DNA of 64,000 nucleotides from Paraphysomonas bandaiensis (taxonomy: Eukaryota; Protista; Chrysophyceae). A program made the position numbers and the translations under genes. The notes under the pieces are model-generated. The model saw only the letters and a list, made by a program, of their open reading frames with translations. It was not told where the DNA came from and did not search any database. Shown here piece by piece: positions 1 through 14,546 of this stretch (its first letter is position 1; every line of letters starts with the position of its first letter). Location of the stretch: NCBI GenBank assembly GCA_965644295.1, contig CBFFRP010000352.1, forward strand, positions 310,001 to 374,000. The letters are read 5' to 3'.

Positions 1-629
1 ATAGTGAAACCATTCTGTATGTATGTATGTAGGTGTCCATATACATGTATGTACCCGTTGTATGACACCTCATAGTAGATTTATTCGTGTGCCGAGCAGG
101 TGATTGGCCACTCTACCTATACTGTCATTAATATTCATGCAAATATCACTAAAATATTGCTTTCTCTATAGTTGTAACGTTATTCAATTGTGTAACCACT
201 GCACCCCTCTCAGAGGAGCAGAAGAGTTGTGTATCTTCAATATCCAACTGCCATGTTTATTATCCTTCACACACAGTGCAGTGTATCATATCCATGTCTG
301 TGTTCTTCTACACACAACTGTATGATGTGTGCATTTTTCCATGAGGAGCAGCACATCCATAAGGTTGAGTGGTGTATACCAATAAAATATTGAGCCAATA
401 GTATCTTTCCTAATAGGTATTAATCTGTTTGATTGGATACCAGTAATGAATGATCAGCAGATAAGCCATTGGGCTGTTTTTGTATAGTAACATCTCAGCA
501 CACTGACTTCTGTCTTCGTATTGGTTGCATTGAGGGCTGAGAGAACTATATGCATGAGTAGGCACTGCCCGTACATAATTAATTACATTAACTAGAGCAT
601 AAGAGCCTCTATATATTTACTTCTATAAA

Positions 630-3600
630 ATGTCAGGATCGACAGCATTGTATGCACCGTATCGTGCTATAGGTTATGTTACAGACGGAGTGCCATTCAT
701 AGTAAACCATCTCGGTGATGAAATATTTCTGTTGTTTTCTATCGGAAAATCATTTCAGGTGATGAATGGATTGCTGTTAATCCCTCCATATCTAATTGTT
801 CCTATAGGTCTTCAAGGCAGATCATTTGAATTCATGTTTGGTATCGCAGCAGCTGCCAGATAGCATATCAGCAATAGAGGTTGCTGCCTTATTTAGCCAT
901 TGCTTCACTCCACTAAACGGATTTATTCTGATGTCTTGCAGGCGATTGGCCACGAAACATATGCTGGTGTTGGAAAAAGTATATATGTGTTCTACCGTAC
1001 CAAAATTGTGCGCCAATATAACGAACACGACGACGACATCATTGGATTCGTTGTCGTTGGAAAGATTCTTCTGTCCTACTCAGCGGACAATGTTATCAAG
1101 GTAATCATAGTCTGACGTAATAATTGGCATATTTAAGAAGCTATGTAATTAGATTATTGATACAAAGGCCAGAGAAGTTATTTCCACAATTGAACTGATG
1201 CAGGAGTCGACTTTACGTTGTGTGATTCATCCAGCTACATATCTCAATAAATTTTTACTCGGTTTTGAGAATGGCCATATCGAACTGTGGAATATGCGCA
1301 GGAAGGCCTTGATTCATTCTTTTCAAAGTCATATATCGTACTTTTTGTCTTCTAGAGATGATGGAGGAGGTAATCATTGGAACAAGTGTTATCCGATACG
1401 TGTTCACTGTAACTGACTGCAGTACCTGCTGTACTATGCATGGAGCAATCTCCTGCATGTGACGTCGTTGCTATCGGATTTTCCTCGGGTGATATTTTGC
1501 TTATGAATATTAAACAAGACAAGGTACGTCTTGTGATTTCTTGTTTCACTAAAATGACGCGCGACCAAATTGCAGGTGCTCTTTTCTTTTCGGCAGCAGA
1601 GCAGTGAATCTGATTCTAGTAGAGGATCTTCTTCAGCAGTGACCTCGATATCGTTCCGCACGGATGGGGCAGCCGAAAAGTTCCCCTATATGGTATCGGG
1701 AAGTGCTGACGGTCGGGTTTTCGTTTGGCACCTTGGATGCCCAGACAAACAGGACGAGCCTAGACGCCTAATGCTGACCATAGATGACGCACATGGTGCC
1801 TCGCTGCCGACAAATTTAAACTCACGCTTATGTTTATTGTTTATGTAGCCGCCCGCGTGAGCCGAGTACATTTTCTTCATGGTGAGCCCATTATGATCAC
1901 GGCTGGAGAGGATAATAGTGTCAAGACGTGGATATTTGATGCGCCTGACGGTAGTGCACGCTTGTTGCGTAGCCGTGAAGGTCATCGTGGAACATCGAAC
2001 CGTGTCCGCTTCTACGGTGGAAGCACGACTGTATCCATGAGAGAGAACGCAGATGCTATGAGGTTATTTTTTAGAATTGTGATCTTCCGAAGTTTATTTT
2101 TAATGTGTCAGTTGTGAGATGCTCTCTGCCGGGTCCGATGGAACATTTAGGCTATTCAACTTCGCTCTTGAGTCTCAAAATAGGGAAATGACTCAAAAGC
2201 CTATTTTAAAGAAGCTAGGTACTAGAATATGTGCTTGTATACACCTTTTATTGACATTCATTCCAGGTCTCCAGCGTCGTAATGAACGGCTCCCGGAGAT
2301 AATTGGTGAGAACTTGATTACTTTCTTGGGGATTGAAGTGCCTTACTCTTTCTGCTAACAGGTTTTGACTGCTGTGAAACACGACAGTACGAGTGGTCTG
2401 ATGTAGCGACTATTCATAAGAACCACTCCAATACATACCTCTGGAGATTCAGAAATCGAACAGTGACAGAGGTTATACTAAAGCAGCCCTCATGGAAGAG
2501 TAACTCCATGGTACGTTGGAACGTGCTTTTGACAATTGTGGCTTATCCCGCTGTACAGCTTCAATCTGTGGTCGAGCTGGATCGTGCCCGACATAGTACT
2601 GCGGTGTGTCTTACAGCTTGTGGAAACTACTGCGTAGTTGGTTCCAGAGGAGGGAGTATTTACCTGTACAACGCTCAATCCGGCCTTCCTCGAGGCTCTT
2701 ATCCCGTATCTGCTTGTGACCCAATGCTGAAGAAAGGTGCCGAGAGAGATAGATCTCGGGTCGCCGGGAATGTTTTGCATGAAACTAAGAAGCTTCTAGG
2801 GTCGTCGGATTCCTATCGCGCAGGGTCATTGTCTACTCCTGTTGAAAAGTCTGCTGGGGAGTCCACAACTGTGTCCAGTGCTATAGTAGCGGCCCCTGTT
2901 GTTACCGGACATACTTCAGAGGTAACGGGTGTATTCGTGGATCTCACAAACTCCACCTTAGTCTCATGCGGTTTGGATGGATTGGTAATCTTCTGGGGAT
3001 TCAACTCGCGATCGGTTGTACACTCTCTGCAGTTATCATCTCCACAAACTCGCATGCAGGGCTTCTTGGAGGGGGATTTCGTGTGTACTGTTGGTCAGGA
3101 TCGTATCATTCGGGTATTTGATGTGGCGACAATGAAGCTGTGCCGTAGATTTGATGGTAATTCCGGTCACAGCAGAGCTATATCTGATGTCAGCTTCACC
3201 CCGGATGGGCGACGACTTCTATCTGCCTCTCTGGACAGCACAGGTAAGTGCATTTTGTCTGGTCTACCCAATCCGCACTTCACTGTATCTTTGCAGTTCG
3301 CGTATGGGATATGCCGACATCTCGTTGTCTGTCGTGGATGAAATTTGATGCACCTGTGACCTCCATATGCACGTCTCTCTCTGGCGAGTACCTTTGTGCC
3401 ACCCTGGCTGACAAAGAGGGCATCCACATGTACATTGACCGATCACTATACGAAACAGTTCACTTTTGGAAGGAGCCAACTGAACCAACTATTGTAGGGG
3501 AATGTGTTGTTGTAGCTGACGATCCGAGAGAAAATAGTTCTAGTAACGAAGAGGAAGGAGAAATAATTACTGCAGTACAAGCTCACGTGGACCTCGCTGA

Positions 3601-4665
3601 AGGTTCATCGCGAGACACAAGGGAAACGACTGCCCAGAGAGGTGAAGGAGCAATTACTCTAGCCGCTCTTCCTAAGGCTTACTGGATTACCCTCTTTAAC
3701 CTGGAAGAAATAAAACAGAGGAATAAGCCGACTGCTGCACCTACTGCTCCACCACAAGCACCTTTCTTCCTTCCAACTGTCGTAAAGCCTGATTCTGGCA
3801 CTGCGCCTTCCTTCCCTACTCCTCAAGAGTATAGCAAACTCACCTCTGGAGGAAAAGCCTTGGAAGCAAAAGCAACTGATATAACAAACACTGGCTCTGA
3901 CAAGAAGAACAGTGAGGAAGATCCGTTTGACGATGTGTCAGCACTGGCCGGCATGTCGTCTGCTTGGGACGATGACGATGAGGAGACTGGTGATGGCGAG
4001 GAAGTCGGGGGATGGGAGATCGATACAGCACCGACTAATAATGTGAATGTAGCTGTTAATGGTGATAGTAAAAAGCGGAAAGCTGAAGATGTTGATGCGT
4101 CAAAGTCAAAGTCACGAATTCTTCGTAAAAATGTGGAGCTTCCAAGGTAAGGTGATCACAAGACACTTGTCCTGTGCTGAATGCTGTGTGGTGTTCTAGG
4201 TGCCATTTAGTTGCTGTAATCGACAGAGAGTTTCCCCATGGTGCCACAGATAAATACTTAATTGATGAAGAAGAGTCTGCTATTACGGAATATCTGAAGA
4301 GGTACGCTTCGGTGTTATTTTTATGTTGGGCTTACCTGGTTTGTAGTATTGCCCCACCTGCCGTTGATGCACAGCTGAGGGCATTGTGTACTGGGCATGA
4401 GGACGCCAGGGGCGTGGACCTTATCCATTGTCTCTTGCTCTGGTTTGCGAAACAGTTTAGATCTGGAAAAGACTTCGAAGTATTGCAGGCATACCTCTAC
4501 AGATTACTACTGATATACTCAGACACCATTATAAGAGTGCCAGATCTCAACAACGCAGTTTCTAGTGTCAAAGATATTCATGCTGATAGTTGCAAAAAGT
4601 TTAGACATCTCATTCAGAGCAACCTTTGCGTTCTGAAAATGATGGCTCAAATTTCGTCAGTATAG
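630..4665 (+). CDS. UTP21: U3 snoRNA-associated protein 21 / WDR36 (WD40 repeats + Utp21 C-terminal domain), ~14 exons
   Basis: N-terminal LYAPYRAIG and HPATYLNK motifs, multiple WD40 repeats, C-terminal APFFLPT and DFEVLQAYL segments; GT-AG introns join the ORF fragments. Confidence 0.93.
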
Positions 4666-5779
4666 ATGCACTCTGATACACGTAACATAACGGTCTGTCG
4701 ACCTATAATATGACAATGTAGCGCTATAATAATTTATTGTAAACGAAAAATAAAACCTTGTGCAGATAGCACGTTTTCTGTCACGCTGTCACTGTTCTGA
4801 GTGAGTTAGCAGTTAAATTATCGGCACAAAGTATATGTCATCTATACCCGAAATATGATGAGTAACAAAGGCCCAGAAATTAAACCGCAGAATCTCTAAA
4901 CCCGAAGCAAGCAGCTAATAGTCTAAGAGTATACTCTGTATGTTTATCATATAAAGGAAATGGTGTAATAATAAGTGGTGTAAAACTATTACAGTAGTAG
5001 TCCCTTCGATGATACTCTTGTCAACGCTAAACTTTCAAATCGAACTGAGGGTGGCGGCGTTATTTGCATGTACGCATGTACTACCACTTGAATAAGAAGC
5101 AGAGTACTATTGGCCCATACTTACTGCAATCTACTGTCAATGTATGCAGTTTTTAATGGAACTAGAGTGAACAGCGAACTTCACTAAACTTGTGTTTCTT
5201 TATTAATATCAGAAAAATCTAGTTGTGTATTCAGTAAGAATGATGAATTAACAGTTATATTGACTCCTATTATTACAATTTGGTGAAGGAAGAAATAAAA
5301 GTACGCAATAGAATGTCGCCACTAGCGAAGATTCTATCCCCGTACACCTACTGCAGGTATAGTTAAACCAACGTTTGATATATATAGTACCCTAGACTGA
5401 AGCACATGTATAACAGCGAATAAATATATAGGCACATGAAACGACTATAATTGAAGAAGAGGGAAAGTCGCGAGCACGAATTAAAGAGGAACTCCGTAAC
5501 TTTGTAACATTTGGTTGTGTTATTCATGGCATTTGGAGATAGATTGGATCCAAGAATAAAGGGTAACATGGATGCATCAAAAATTATCTTCAAAAGCCAT
5601 AAACAACGCGATCAATGCTACAAGTTACGGATGATAATCTGTGCTGGAAGGCTCCTCCGCGACAGAGACAAATATAATGTGACATACCCCTCATCGGCAA
5701 GTAAGTATATGTATGACTAATATAGATATGTATTATCCAAGATAGGGAATAATATACTCTATATGTGATATATATATAC

Positions 5780-6171
5780 CAGAGCTAGGAAGTAATATAC
5801 TGTATTAGACTATTGGACAAGAATGAATTGATGTTTAGAGGCAATAGATACTGGTGGGAGGGTAGGGTACATTATATTGCACACAATAGTTTGCTCTGTA
5901 CTTATCTACCGTAATTCCTACTTTCATGAGTTTAAAGACATAAAAGATAAATATTATGTTAATGCGAGTGTAACGGTGTTAGGCATTACACTTTGTGTGA
6001 TATGTCCATGCAGTAGTAATTGAAATGAAATGAACGTAAGTAATTAGCTACAGACTAATTATATAATACTATATTGCAATAGTACCAATAGGTTCTTAAA
6101 AAACTATTGCTATAGGTATTGGTAGGAAGATAAGTCTCAATAGTATTACAATATATCGTTCCCTAGCCCTG
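5780..6171. mobile_element. Non-autonomous hAT-like element (MITE), CAG(A/G)GCTAGG termini
   Basis: Termini CAGAGCTAGGAAGTAATAT ... ATATATCGTTCCCTAGCCCTG; 8-bp flanks ATATATAC / ATGTATAC (1 mismatch); same termini as 40360-40480. Confidence 0.7.
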
Positions 6172-6500
6172 ATGTATACACATATGTGTGCAGTATACAT
6201 ATGACAGAGACATTATATATCTACATATCGCGCAACATATGTAGCACAGACATATATAAGCTTGCAGTTTATATATGACATACATACATAGATGTTTGAA
6301 GTATATATGTGTCACAGACGTGTATTGTGTGAAGTATTCACATGGCACATACATATATATGCAGCGTGTATGTAACAGATATATATATGTGACATATACA
6401 TAGAATTCGTGCATATACGTGCATGCAGAACATATACGACGCAGATATATACACGCTTGTGCAATATTGTAATTAAGGCATGGATGTCTATGTATACAAT
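6172..6500. repeat. Low-complexity TA/CA/TG-rich tract
   Basis: Degenerate alternating purine-pyrimidine sequence; yields spurious Y/I/C/M/H-rich ORFs. Confidence 0.6.
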
Positions 6501-7245
6501 CCACATGTGGCAGACGGACCTGCCTGTAAGTGTACGACTGCAGGGTGTCGCCTCCTGTCATTCACCCCACTTCCCATCACTTTAAGTGTGTCTGAGTTGG
6601 TTGAGGTGGTGAAATGTGAGGGACACAACAGAGTGGGATTCAGCTCAAATCCCACATGACTGACTTTCGATAAGGTGGAAGACCAGAGCACTATGAACAC
6701 GAGGATGTGCCGATGCTGCTGCGTGTGGATGGTTATGTGTGCTGTATACCTACAGGCGGTATGGATATCGTCTTAATAGTATGTGAAAGTGAAGTGAAGT
6801 GAAGCATGTTCTGACCGACAGGCAGATCGACTAACCGGACCTGACATACACTTGGCCGGAGTGGATAAGATACTGCTAGACTACGTAGTAAATGCTGATT
6901 CCATGCCGTATCTGGTCGAGTAGTATACACACTGTATTCCGCACTACACGCCCCATATACAGCGACACTTTTTCTGAGAAGAATATATGGCTTCTCTATG
7001 TCTGTGCTGCTCCTCCTGTCGTAACTGTAGGAATACTCTGTATGCATATGTAGCATGTACGTGCATGTATTACAAGAAGAATTCAGTTCAGTTGATGAGA
7101 GGATTCAGTTGGGCTGCTGTGGGGTGTGGTTCCATACATCGCATTCAGACCGAATAGTTGTCTGGAGCATCAATTGATTGGTATACGCTGTAATTGTTCT
7201 CGGGTTATTATCAGCGGGCGGGCTGAAAGTCAACAAGAGATATCT

Positions 7246-9363
7246 ATGACACCTGAGTTGGAGCTCTTGGAAACAGAAGAGGCTTATGTCAACTCCTTAT
7301 CGTACATTATATCCGCATTTCTTGTACCACTTGAACAGTGGGTCAGTGCTCTCAACTCAGAGTTTGAACAAGGACGTAGCAAGGGGACTGTGTTATACAC
7401 AGTACTAAAGAAAGAGAGCATAGATATCACTGCAGTGGTGTTTTCAAACATACGTCTTCTTCTTGGAATCAATCAGTACATCTTATGTGAGTTACAGAAG
7501 GCAGGTACAAATACTGTCGAAATCGTAAAGAAGTTTTCTCTTGTTGCTCCTAGTTTGATCATGTACATTGACTACATTCGAAATTGTGAGAAAGCTCGTG
7601 AGCTGTTACAACGTCTGAGGACAGATCAGAGGTTTGATTTCTTTCACTCAAGATTTGATTTGCACTGATAGTAACTTTATTTAGATTTTCTGACTTTATT
7701 CGTGCTATCGAGTTCCAGCCCTCCAGCAAAGGCCTCAGCCTGGAACAACACCTCGCTAAGCCTTGGCAAAGGGTGATGAAGTACGAGCTGCTCTTCCGTG
7801 AAATGAAGAAACGTGCAGAAGTAGAAGAACAAGAGTTATTGGCATATACCATTCGCACCGTGCAGTCTGTTATTTCTGGTCTCAATGAATCTCAGGCGGC
7901 ATCTGAGAGTCGGCAGCTGCTCATGGAGAAACAAAAATTCTACGGCATTCCTGAATTGACTGGACCGGCGCGACACTTTATTATCGACGGGCAGCTAAAG
8001 CAAGTAACTGGTCCTGGCCGGAGAAAAGACTACAGCTTTATATTGTGCAGTGACATACTCATATACGGCCGGAAAGCAGGACACGTCATGCAAGCGAAGT
8101 TTAAGATAATAGATGTACACGAACTCAAGGTCGTGATATACCCCAAAGGATCCAGCCGGTACTTCATTTTGCGAATATCACCCGAAAAAGGTGAGTTTAT
8201 AGCAGATTAGAATATGATAGATTTTTTTTGTATTTTGACGCACGTACAGCATTCCAGGTGGATTGTACTTCTGTGGATATTTGTGATGAGTGGGTAAGCG
8301 CCCTGATATCCGTAAAAACCGATGCACAGGTTGATGAATATCCATTTGATTTTATATTAGTCTTTAACAAATGTATAAGGTGAAACACATAACTGGAAGG
8401 AAAGATGTGAGGCGCTTATCACTAGCGTCATCACCGAACCCTGACCGTAATTCTCAATCTACACCAAAGCCAGTCGTTCCGGCTGCAGTGGATGTTCCGA
8501 CTATGACAATGAAACTTTGGGAATGCAACGACTACTCAAGCTGTGACCGTGTTAGCAACAACCCATTGTGCACACAAAATGTGTATCAACTTCCTGACAT
8601 GGCTGATTATCCTGATGGAATTATACCTTATGAAAGCCTTGTACCCGTTGCGAACCTCACTCTTGATAACTGCGATAGTTCTATGGATGATAGCGTGAGA
8701 GATAGTAATTTAAGCATTGATGATGATGACGACACCCGTGTTTCACTTTCCTCCGTTTCTACTGTTGATCTCTCGGACATCAATGGGGCTCACTTATCCA
8801 GTCATTCCCAGCAAACATCGACTCCACAACATGAAATGGGATTCGTGAGGAGATTCCTCGGACAGCACTCTCTTAAAATGTTCGGAGAACGTCGTCGATC
8901 ATCTCTGGGATCTGGGAATGAATCTCTCGCAGATATGCCATTGGTACTTTCACTAACGAGACAAAGGTCAAAGACGCCTCCCACATTGCGCCGGCAATCT
9001 TCCACTCAGGCTCGTTCGATCACCCCCCCTCCCCCATCACCATGCCACAAACGCGGAAACTCTTTACTGAGGGCAGACCTACTTATGGAAAGTCTAGAAC
9101 AGGAAGGTCTTTGTAATGCAGATCCAGTGTATCCTCCACGACCCTCTTTTATTCCACCCCCACCTCCACAAAAAAGACCACTGGCAGGAAATATTCCTCC
9201 GACAAGTGATGTTAACAGTATCCCTCCTAGTATTAAGAAAAAAACTCTTCCACGAAGACACTCTGAACCACTGAGTGAATTAAGCCAACCGATCAGAGCA
9301 ACTCATGCGACTGCTCCGACTAAAGTGCGATTGATAGGGCTGTCTTCAGACGAGGCTCGATAA
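7246..9363 (+). CDS. Dbl-family RhoGEF (DH-PH) with Ser/Pro-rich C-terminal tail; 5' end uncertain
   Basis: DH motifs ELLETEEAYVNSL, VFSNI, LAKPWQRVMKYELLF; PH-like FIIDGQL...FILCSDILIYG; poly-Pro tail. Confidence 0.85.
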
Positions 9364-10351
9364 CTCGATGCTACGTAATGATGTGACAATATAGGTTTGA
9401 CACAACTATAACTCGACTTCATAGCATTCTTATTGCTACTTTTTATATTAGTCGCAACACATTTTTATTGAATAAAACTGAAACATATTTGAATTGGTGT
9501 ACATAGTTGCAGTATACATTTCTGATTGGGTACTTTGATGGGTTTTACTATATCATGTGACACATACAATTTATTGTCACTTCGTCATCATACTAGATAT
9601 TGCACCATGCTTAGACATGAAAAATAATTAATTTCATCCGTTTTTATTCAATCTGTAGAACAACTATCCAAGATTCAAGTTTAGACCCGAAAGGTGTCAA
9701 ATAGCGACAAATACTCCTTATTTTAATATTTGTTTGAATTGCAGTGTATGCTAAGATTGTTAGAGTGATTGCACTGCTATTACAGTGAAGAATTATGATT
9801 AAATGAAGCATGTATATACTAATGGGAAGTATTATTCAACCTGGACTAATTTTTACTAAACTATTTTCTGCAAACTATGTTGTTTTCGCTTAGTAGTATA
9901 TATGTAATATGTATATATTGTGGATTGTGGAGTAATATATTACTGTACTACTACTATGCTGCTATGTTGTGTACTTATTTCTCCTTTCTCAGGACTGCAT
10001 ATACAAATCCACTACAGAAAGGGAAAGGGTGAAGGCAAATCTTTCCTCCCCTTGTATACTAGCATTTCGCAACTATTTAAATATTTTCGCCTGAGTATTG
10101 TGCTTGAAAACATATAATTCGTAATAATTATATATACCTCGAGTGTCATGATAGTCTGTCACAGATGAAAAACATGGTGATGACTACGATACACGAGACA
10201 TGATGCACTATGTAGTACGTCATCTACTATCACACCGTATAAGTTGTACTTCTGTACGACATCCAAGAGCCGCAGCTCATATGCAGATATAGGATTTAAG
10301 AAAATAAGATTTCACACAAATGACACAAATATATCCCGTTCAGCGCCGCCA

Positions 10352-12267
10352 TTAGTAATAGTCAGAGTCTCTGGGTGGTTTGTTATTCATCCTCGCATTG
10401 ATAACATACTGCTTGATGGCATCTTTGTGCTCTTTCTTCTTACCATCAACACGTTCAACTATCGTTCTGGACAGATTATTCCACCAAGCGGCCTTCTTCA
10501 CAGGAATTTTATGCACTTTCATACAAGCTATTGAAACGACAATAATTAATGCCACCGAAAAGAAATTATACCGATAATACCTTCAATTGATCCTTTCATT
10601 TGTTGCTTACTGCACACGTGATTTGGAGTTCGGCCAAGACGGTCCTTCTTACGCAACACATCTACAATCTGCGGACTCTTCATCAAAATGCGTGCTGCTG
10701 CCACTTCATTGTGGGCGCAGGCCAGGTGCAGAGGAGTCCACCCTCTGTCGTCTGTAATCGTCTGATCAGCCCCATGATCAAGTAAGAGGCTGATCACATC
10801 CAGGCTGTTGCTTGTGATAGCTTCATGTAATGGTGTACAACCCGTGCTGCCACAAACTTTATTGGGGTCCCCTCCACAATCCAGAATACGCTTCACTGCC
10901 TACAAAACAGTCAAAAACACGCTCACATACAGCGAAACACATGAGAAATTTGCTGTATTCCAGGCGGGTACATAGTCGGTGCGAAATACCTTTATATTTC
11001 CATGAAGGCTGGCTAAGTTAAGAGCTGGCATTTTTCCAGGCAACGTCATGTTTGCTATTGCGCGTTTCTTGGATGTAAGAGAAAGTTCACTGATCTTTTG
11101 CATTCCCACTTCCAAAGATGGGCAGGAGTATCCCTTCACTGTTACTCTACAATCCTGCTGACTCGCTACTACGCTACCAATATGTGAGAGAGCAGGAGTA
11201 ACCGGGGCTGACGGAGTAAAGAAAACTGGTTCAAGTGGGCACGCTGGGTTATCTCTAGATGGAGGACAAGGAGTGGCAGGGTCAGTATCAGAGGAATTCG
11301 CGAATGAGTCAAGCTGAGCCGTGCTATGTGCAGATTCACGAGCAGTCAGAGAAGTAAGGGCTGAGTTACATGGCAGTCCACCTGGACTGCACAGTCGCAA
11401 CTCCGCCTGATACCCAGGTACCCATATCGGCAACCGGCCATTCCAACCAGGTAGAGATCGTCTTGGTTGTTCCGATTCCAAATCTCGAGGTATTACAGGA
11501 GTGCTGTTATCTGTCAGTTCCATTCCATACACATTTCCGTCGCTCCAGAGAGCAATTGCGTCCTCTCTGCTTCGACCTTCACGAGTGTCGTACTTGACAT
11601 TAAGTATGAGTCGATCAGAATTTGTATTCGCGCCAGGGTCAACAAATATAATCATGCCCGGAGCAGGCTTTGCACCTTTCCTCTTTTTCTTCCACCGCTT
11701 TGCGAGAATACTACGGATGGAAAGTACTGTTGCGCGCTGACGGTTAAGACGCAAGGAAACAGTCTTGCCACTCTTGAACTGAGAATCTAGATTACAGAAG
11801 AGTTTGGATGAATTTGGTATTCTTATAACGTCCGGATTAAGGGTATTATCCACAGCTTCTTTGGAGCAGTGCGGATCCCGAAGCAGTATTCCAACCTCTT
11901 CGATAAGATTCTTTTGGCTGGAGACACCTACAATCATACAGGCTACTTTCTTAATTCTTCCCACGCTTATAATGCTATCAACAAACTCTGTACAGAAATC
12001 AGACATAGTGAAGGGGCTGTCTCGAGGGCTGATCTCCACACTATTCTCTGTATGCATCTCCTCTGTAGTCGTATGTATTTTACTGAAGTCAGCCGATGCG
12101 ATTAAATTATTTACAAATCGAGAAGAAAATTTCTTTCGAACAACAGCGACTAAATTATCTCCGCTTGCCTGGATCATGTTATTCTTTTGTTTGGCATAAC
12201 AGTTTGCTTTCGCCTGCTGTAGCTCGTCTAGTATATAGACTCGAGCTGGACTTCTGCCTAACTTCAT
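10352..12267 (-). CDS. Protein with a long unassigned N-terminal region and C-terminal ankyrin repeats (3 exons)
   Basis: Ankyrin motifs GCTPLHEA, GWTPLHLAC, GRTP; GT-AG introns near 10900-10968 and 10525-10580. Confidence 0.75.
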
Positions 12268-12410
12268 TGCTGTAGAGTGATACCTCACCAGCTCAGATAC
12301 ATTATATCATATAACGAGTTGCTGTGTGATAGCCATATCAACTTATCACACGGCATGTAATCCCATTAGCTTAGTCGGAGTGTATTATCACACGTATGGG
12401 TGAGGTGGGG

Positions 12411-12444
<34 letters not shown>

Positions 12445-12784
12445 GTATGGGTATATACTGCTGTGTGTGTATTATCATAATCAAAACCACTTCCCTTCAC
12501 TTCACTTCCCACTGTAGAATATGGTGCCGTTTCACTATCATATCCAAAAAAAAACTTCACCACCAGTCACAGAGATTTCTAGTTTTTTTTCACAAAAGTT
12601 CGGGATTTTCGGAAAAATACACCCCAACATCTAAAAGCTCAAGATAGAGCTGGTCTCAGTCTCTGACAGCAGGCTGAGATGTACCATGTATGTGTATGTG
12701 TATGTGTGGAGTGCGGCTTTATATCTATTTCCTGATTCATGTAATAAATATAAATATCCAGTGCTTCCATCTACTCTAATTGTA

Positions 12785-13644
12785 ATGCAAAGCTCAACTA
12801 TTGATGTATGTTTTGTGCGGCATGGCGAAACTGAAGCCAATCGGGACAATATTCGCCAGGGACACTGCGACTTTCCCATCACTCCAAAAGGCTTGCAAGG
12901 GGCAGAATTAACCGGACATGTACTTCGAGATATTAACTGGACCGCGATCTACTCGTCTGATTTAAAGAGGGCGTATGATGTAAGATATCTGTGTGTGATA
13001 TTTACGTAACGGTTTCGTTTCAGACAGCGCAGATTATAATGTCAAAGAGCTTGGCTCCAAATAAGAGAGAAATTTGTACCATGTACGACCTTCGGGAGAG
13101 AAAGTACGGTATTAGAGAAGGGTACGATAAGTATCTTAGTGTGGAAAAAGTTCGAGAGATGATTTCTGAGAGGTGTAAGACATATGTAGTATATATTTAT
13201 ATCACTGATCTATATGCCAGTCGAGGGATACCCCTGGAAGAAATTGTGGATGATGCAGAGTCGCTAGCTGATGTCCACATCCGACAAGAGAGATTCGTTT
13301 CTCATCTCTGTGACACTATGATTGGAGGTGTTTCTGAAAACACTACAGATGGATCTATCCCACGAGTGCTGGTTGTTTCACACGGAGGATTCATCCGTGC
13401 CTTTCTGGAAAAATACGCACCTGAGAGCACTTCAGCTGTTGCACCATTGGAAAACACTCCACAAGGACAGCGTGTTAAAGTGGGAAATTGCAGTATTACC
13501 ATTGTACGAATTACTAGACCGCAATTAAACGAACAAAACAGTGTCAGTCCACGAATGAAAGCTCTAGTTGTCAGTTGCACGGAGCACTTGAGGCCCGATA
13601 CGAGCGATTCTGCAGATAGTATGAAGTTTTTATGGCCTAATTAG
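12785..13644 (+). CDS. Histidine phosphatase / phosphoglycerate-mutase family (TIGAR/GpmB-like)
   Basis: VRHGET, YSSDLKRA, LRERKYG, VVSHGG, NCSIT motifs; two introns. Confidence 0.9.
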
Positions 13645-13727
13645 TTATCTATATTCTAGAAGTCATTCTATATGTATACACTTATTTGTAAGTGGGTACT
13701 TAATAAATGTGGTGTTTTACGTTTTAC

Positions 13728-13915
13728 GAACACGACCTTTCGTAATTGTTATAATGATGCTGCTAACCAGCTGTGTGAAAAAGTGATCTATTGTGCGACA
13801 CATCTACCGTTGCATTAGAACACGATCTTTCGTAAATGTTATAATGATGCTGCTAACCACCTGTGTGAAAAAGTGATCTATTGTCTATTGTGCGACACAT
13901 CTACCGTAGCATCAG
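13728..13915. repeat. Two-copy tandem duplication, ~90-bp unit
   Basis: GAACACGA...CATCTACCGT(T/A)GCAT starts at 13728 and 13818; second copy has an extra CTATTGT. Confidence 0.9.
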
Positions 13916-14546
13916 AGTTTGTTTATGAAATGTAGAAGTTGCCAAGATTGATCATATGATAATAACTATATTAAGACATTGGAGTGCGCAGAACACATAA
14001 ACGACCTCACAGGCTGATATGTATGTATGAATCTGTGTACCTATCATTGTTTGCTCTGGACACATTTTACATCTCAAAGTGGGTACAACAAAATAACAAC
14101 TATCTCTCAACCGAGACAGACATGATTTTTAATTATGATCTCCTCAACAGGTACCTGACATCTCATAAGTATATTCGACCATGTAATTTCGTCAGTTATG
14201 ATCTAGGCTGATCCAATCGCGCCATTAAACAGCTCGATTAATAGGATTCAATTAAGTTGAGGGGGCAAATTGAATAAGCCTTCGTGTAAACTTCATTAAA
14301 TATATTGATATATGTAAGAGACAAAATGGTCTGAAGTAGAAGTTTCCTTCATTTATTTGTCACTTATGAATATATACTGTAGTGATGGGTATTAGAGTAA
14401 TGATGTGTTTCTGTGCTATATAAAATTAAGTGATTCAAGAAATGCCCTAAGTATAAAGAAATTATTAACATTGCAATAGCTGAAAATGCATTCTTCTACA
14501 CAATGTGCCTTTCGTATTTCTCGAACAATTTACGGTGTGTAAATTA

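Noticed and set aside
630-4665. Fragmented ORFs suggesting frameshifts or an alternative genetic code
   Set aside because: Breaks I checked are explained by canonical GT-AG introns; long single-exon genes translate in the standard code
5001-5052. CCCT..ATGATA...CTGA.GGG resembling a C/D snoRNA
   Set aside because: Only ~50 nt, imperfect C box and no rRNA-complementary guide I could recognise
6163-6561. Y/C/I/M-rich ORFs
   Set aside because: Low-complexity dinucleotide DNA, not protein-like
13728-13915. Possible CRISPR array or C/D snoRNA pair
   Set aside because: Only two contiguous units with no spacers in a eukaryotic context; no terminal CTGA D box
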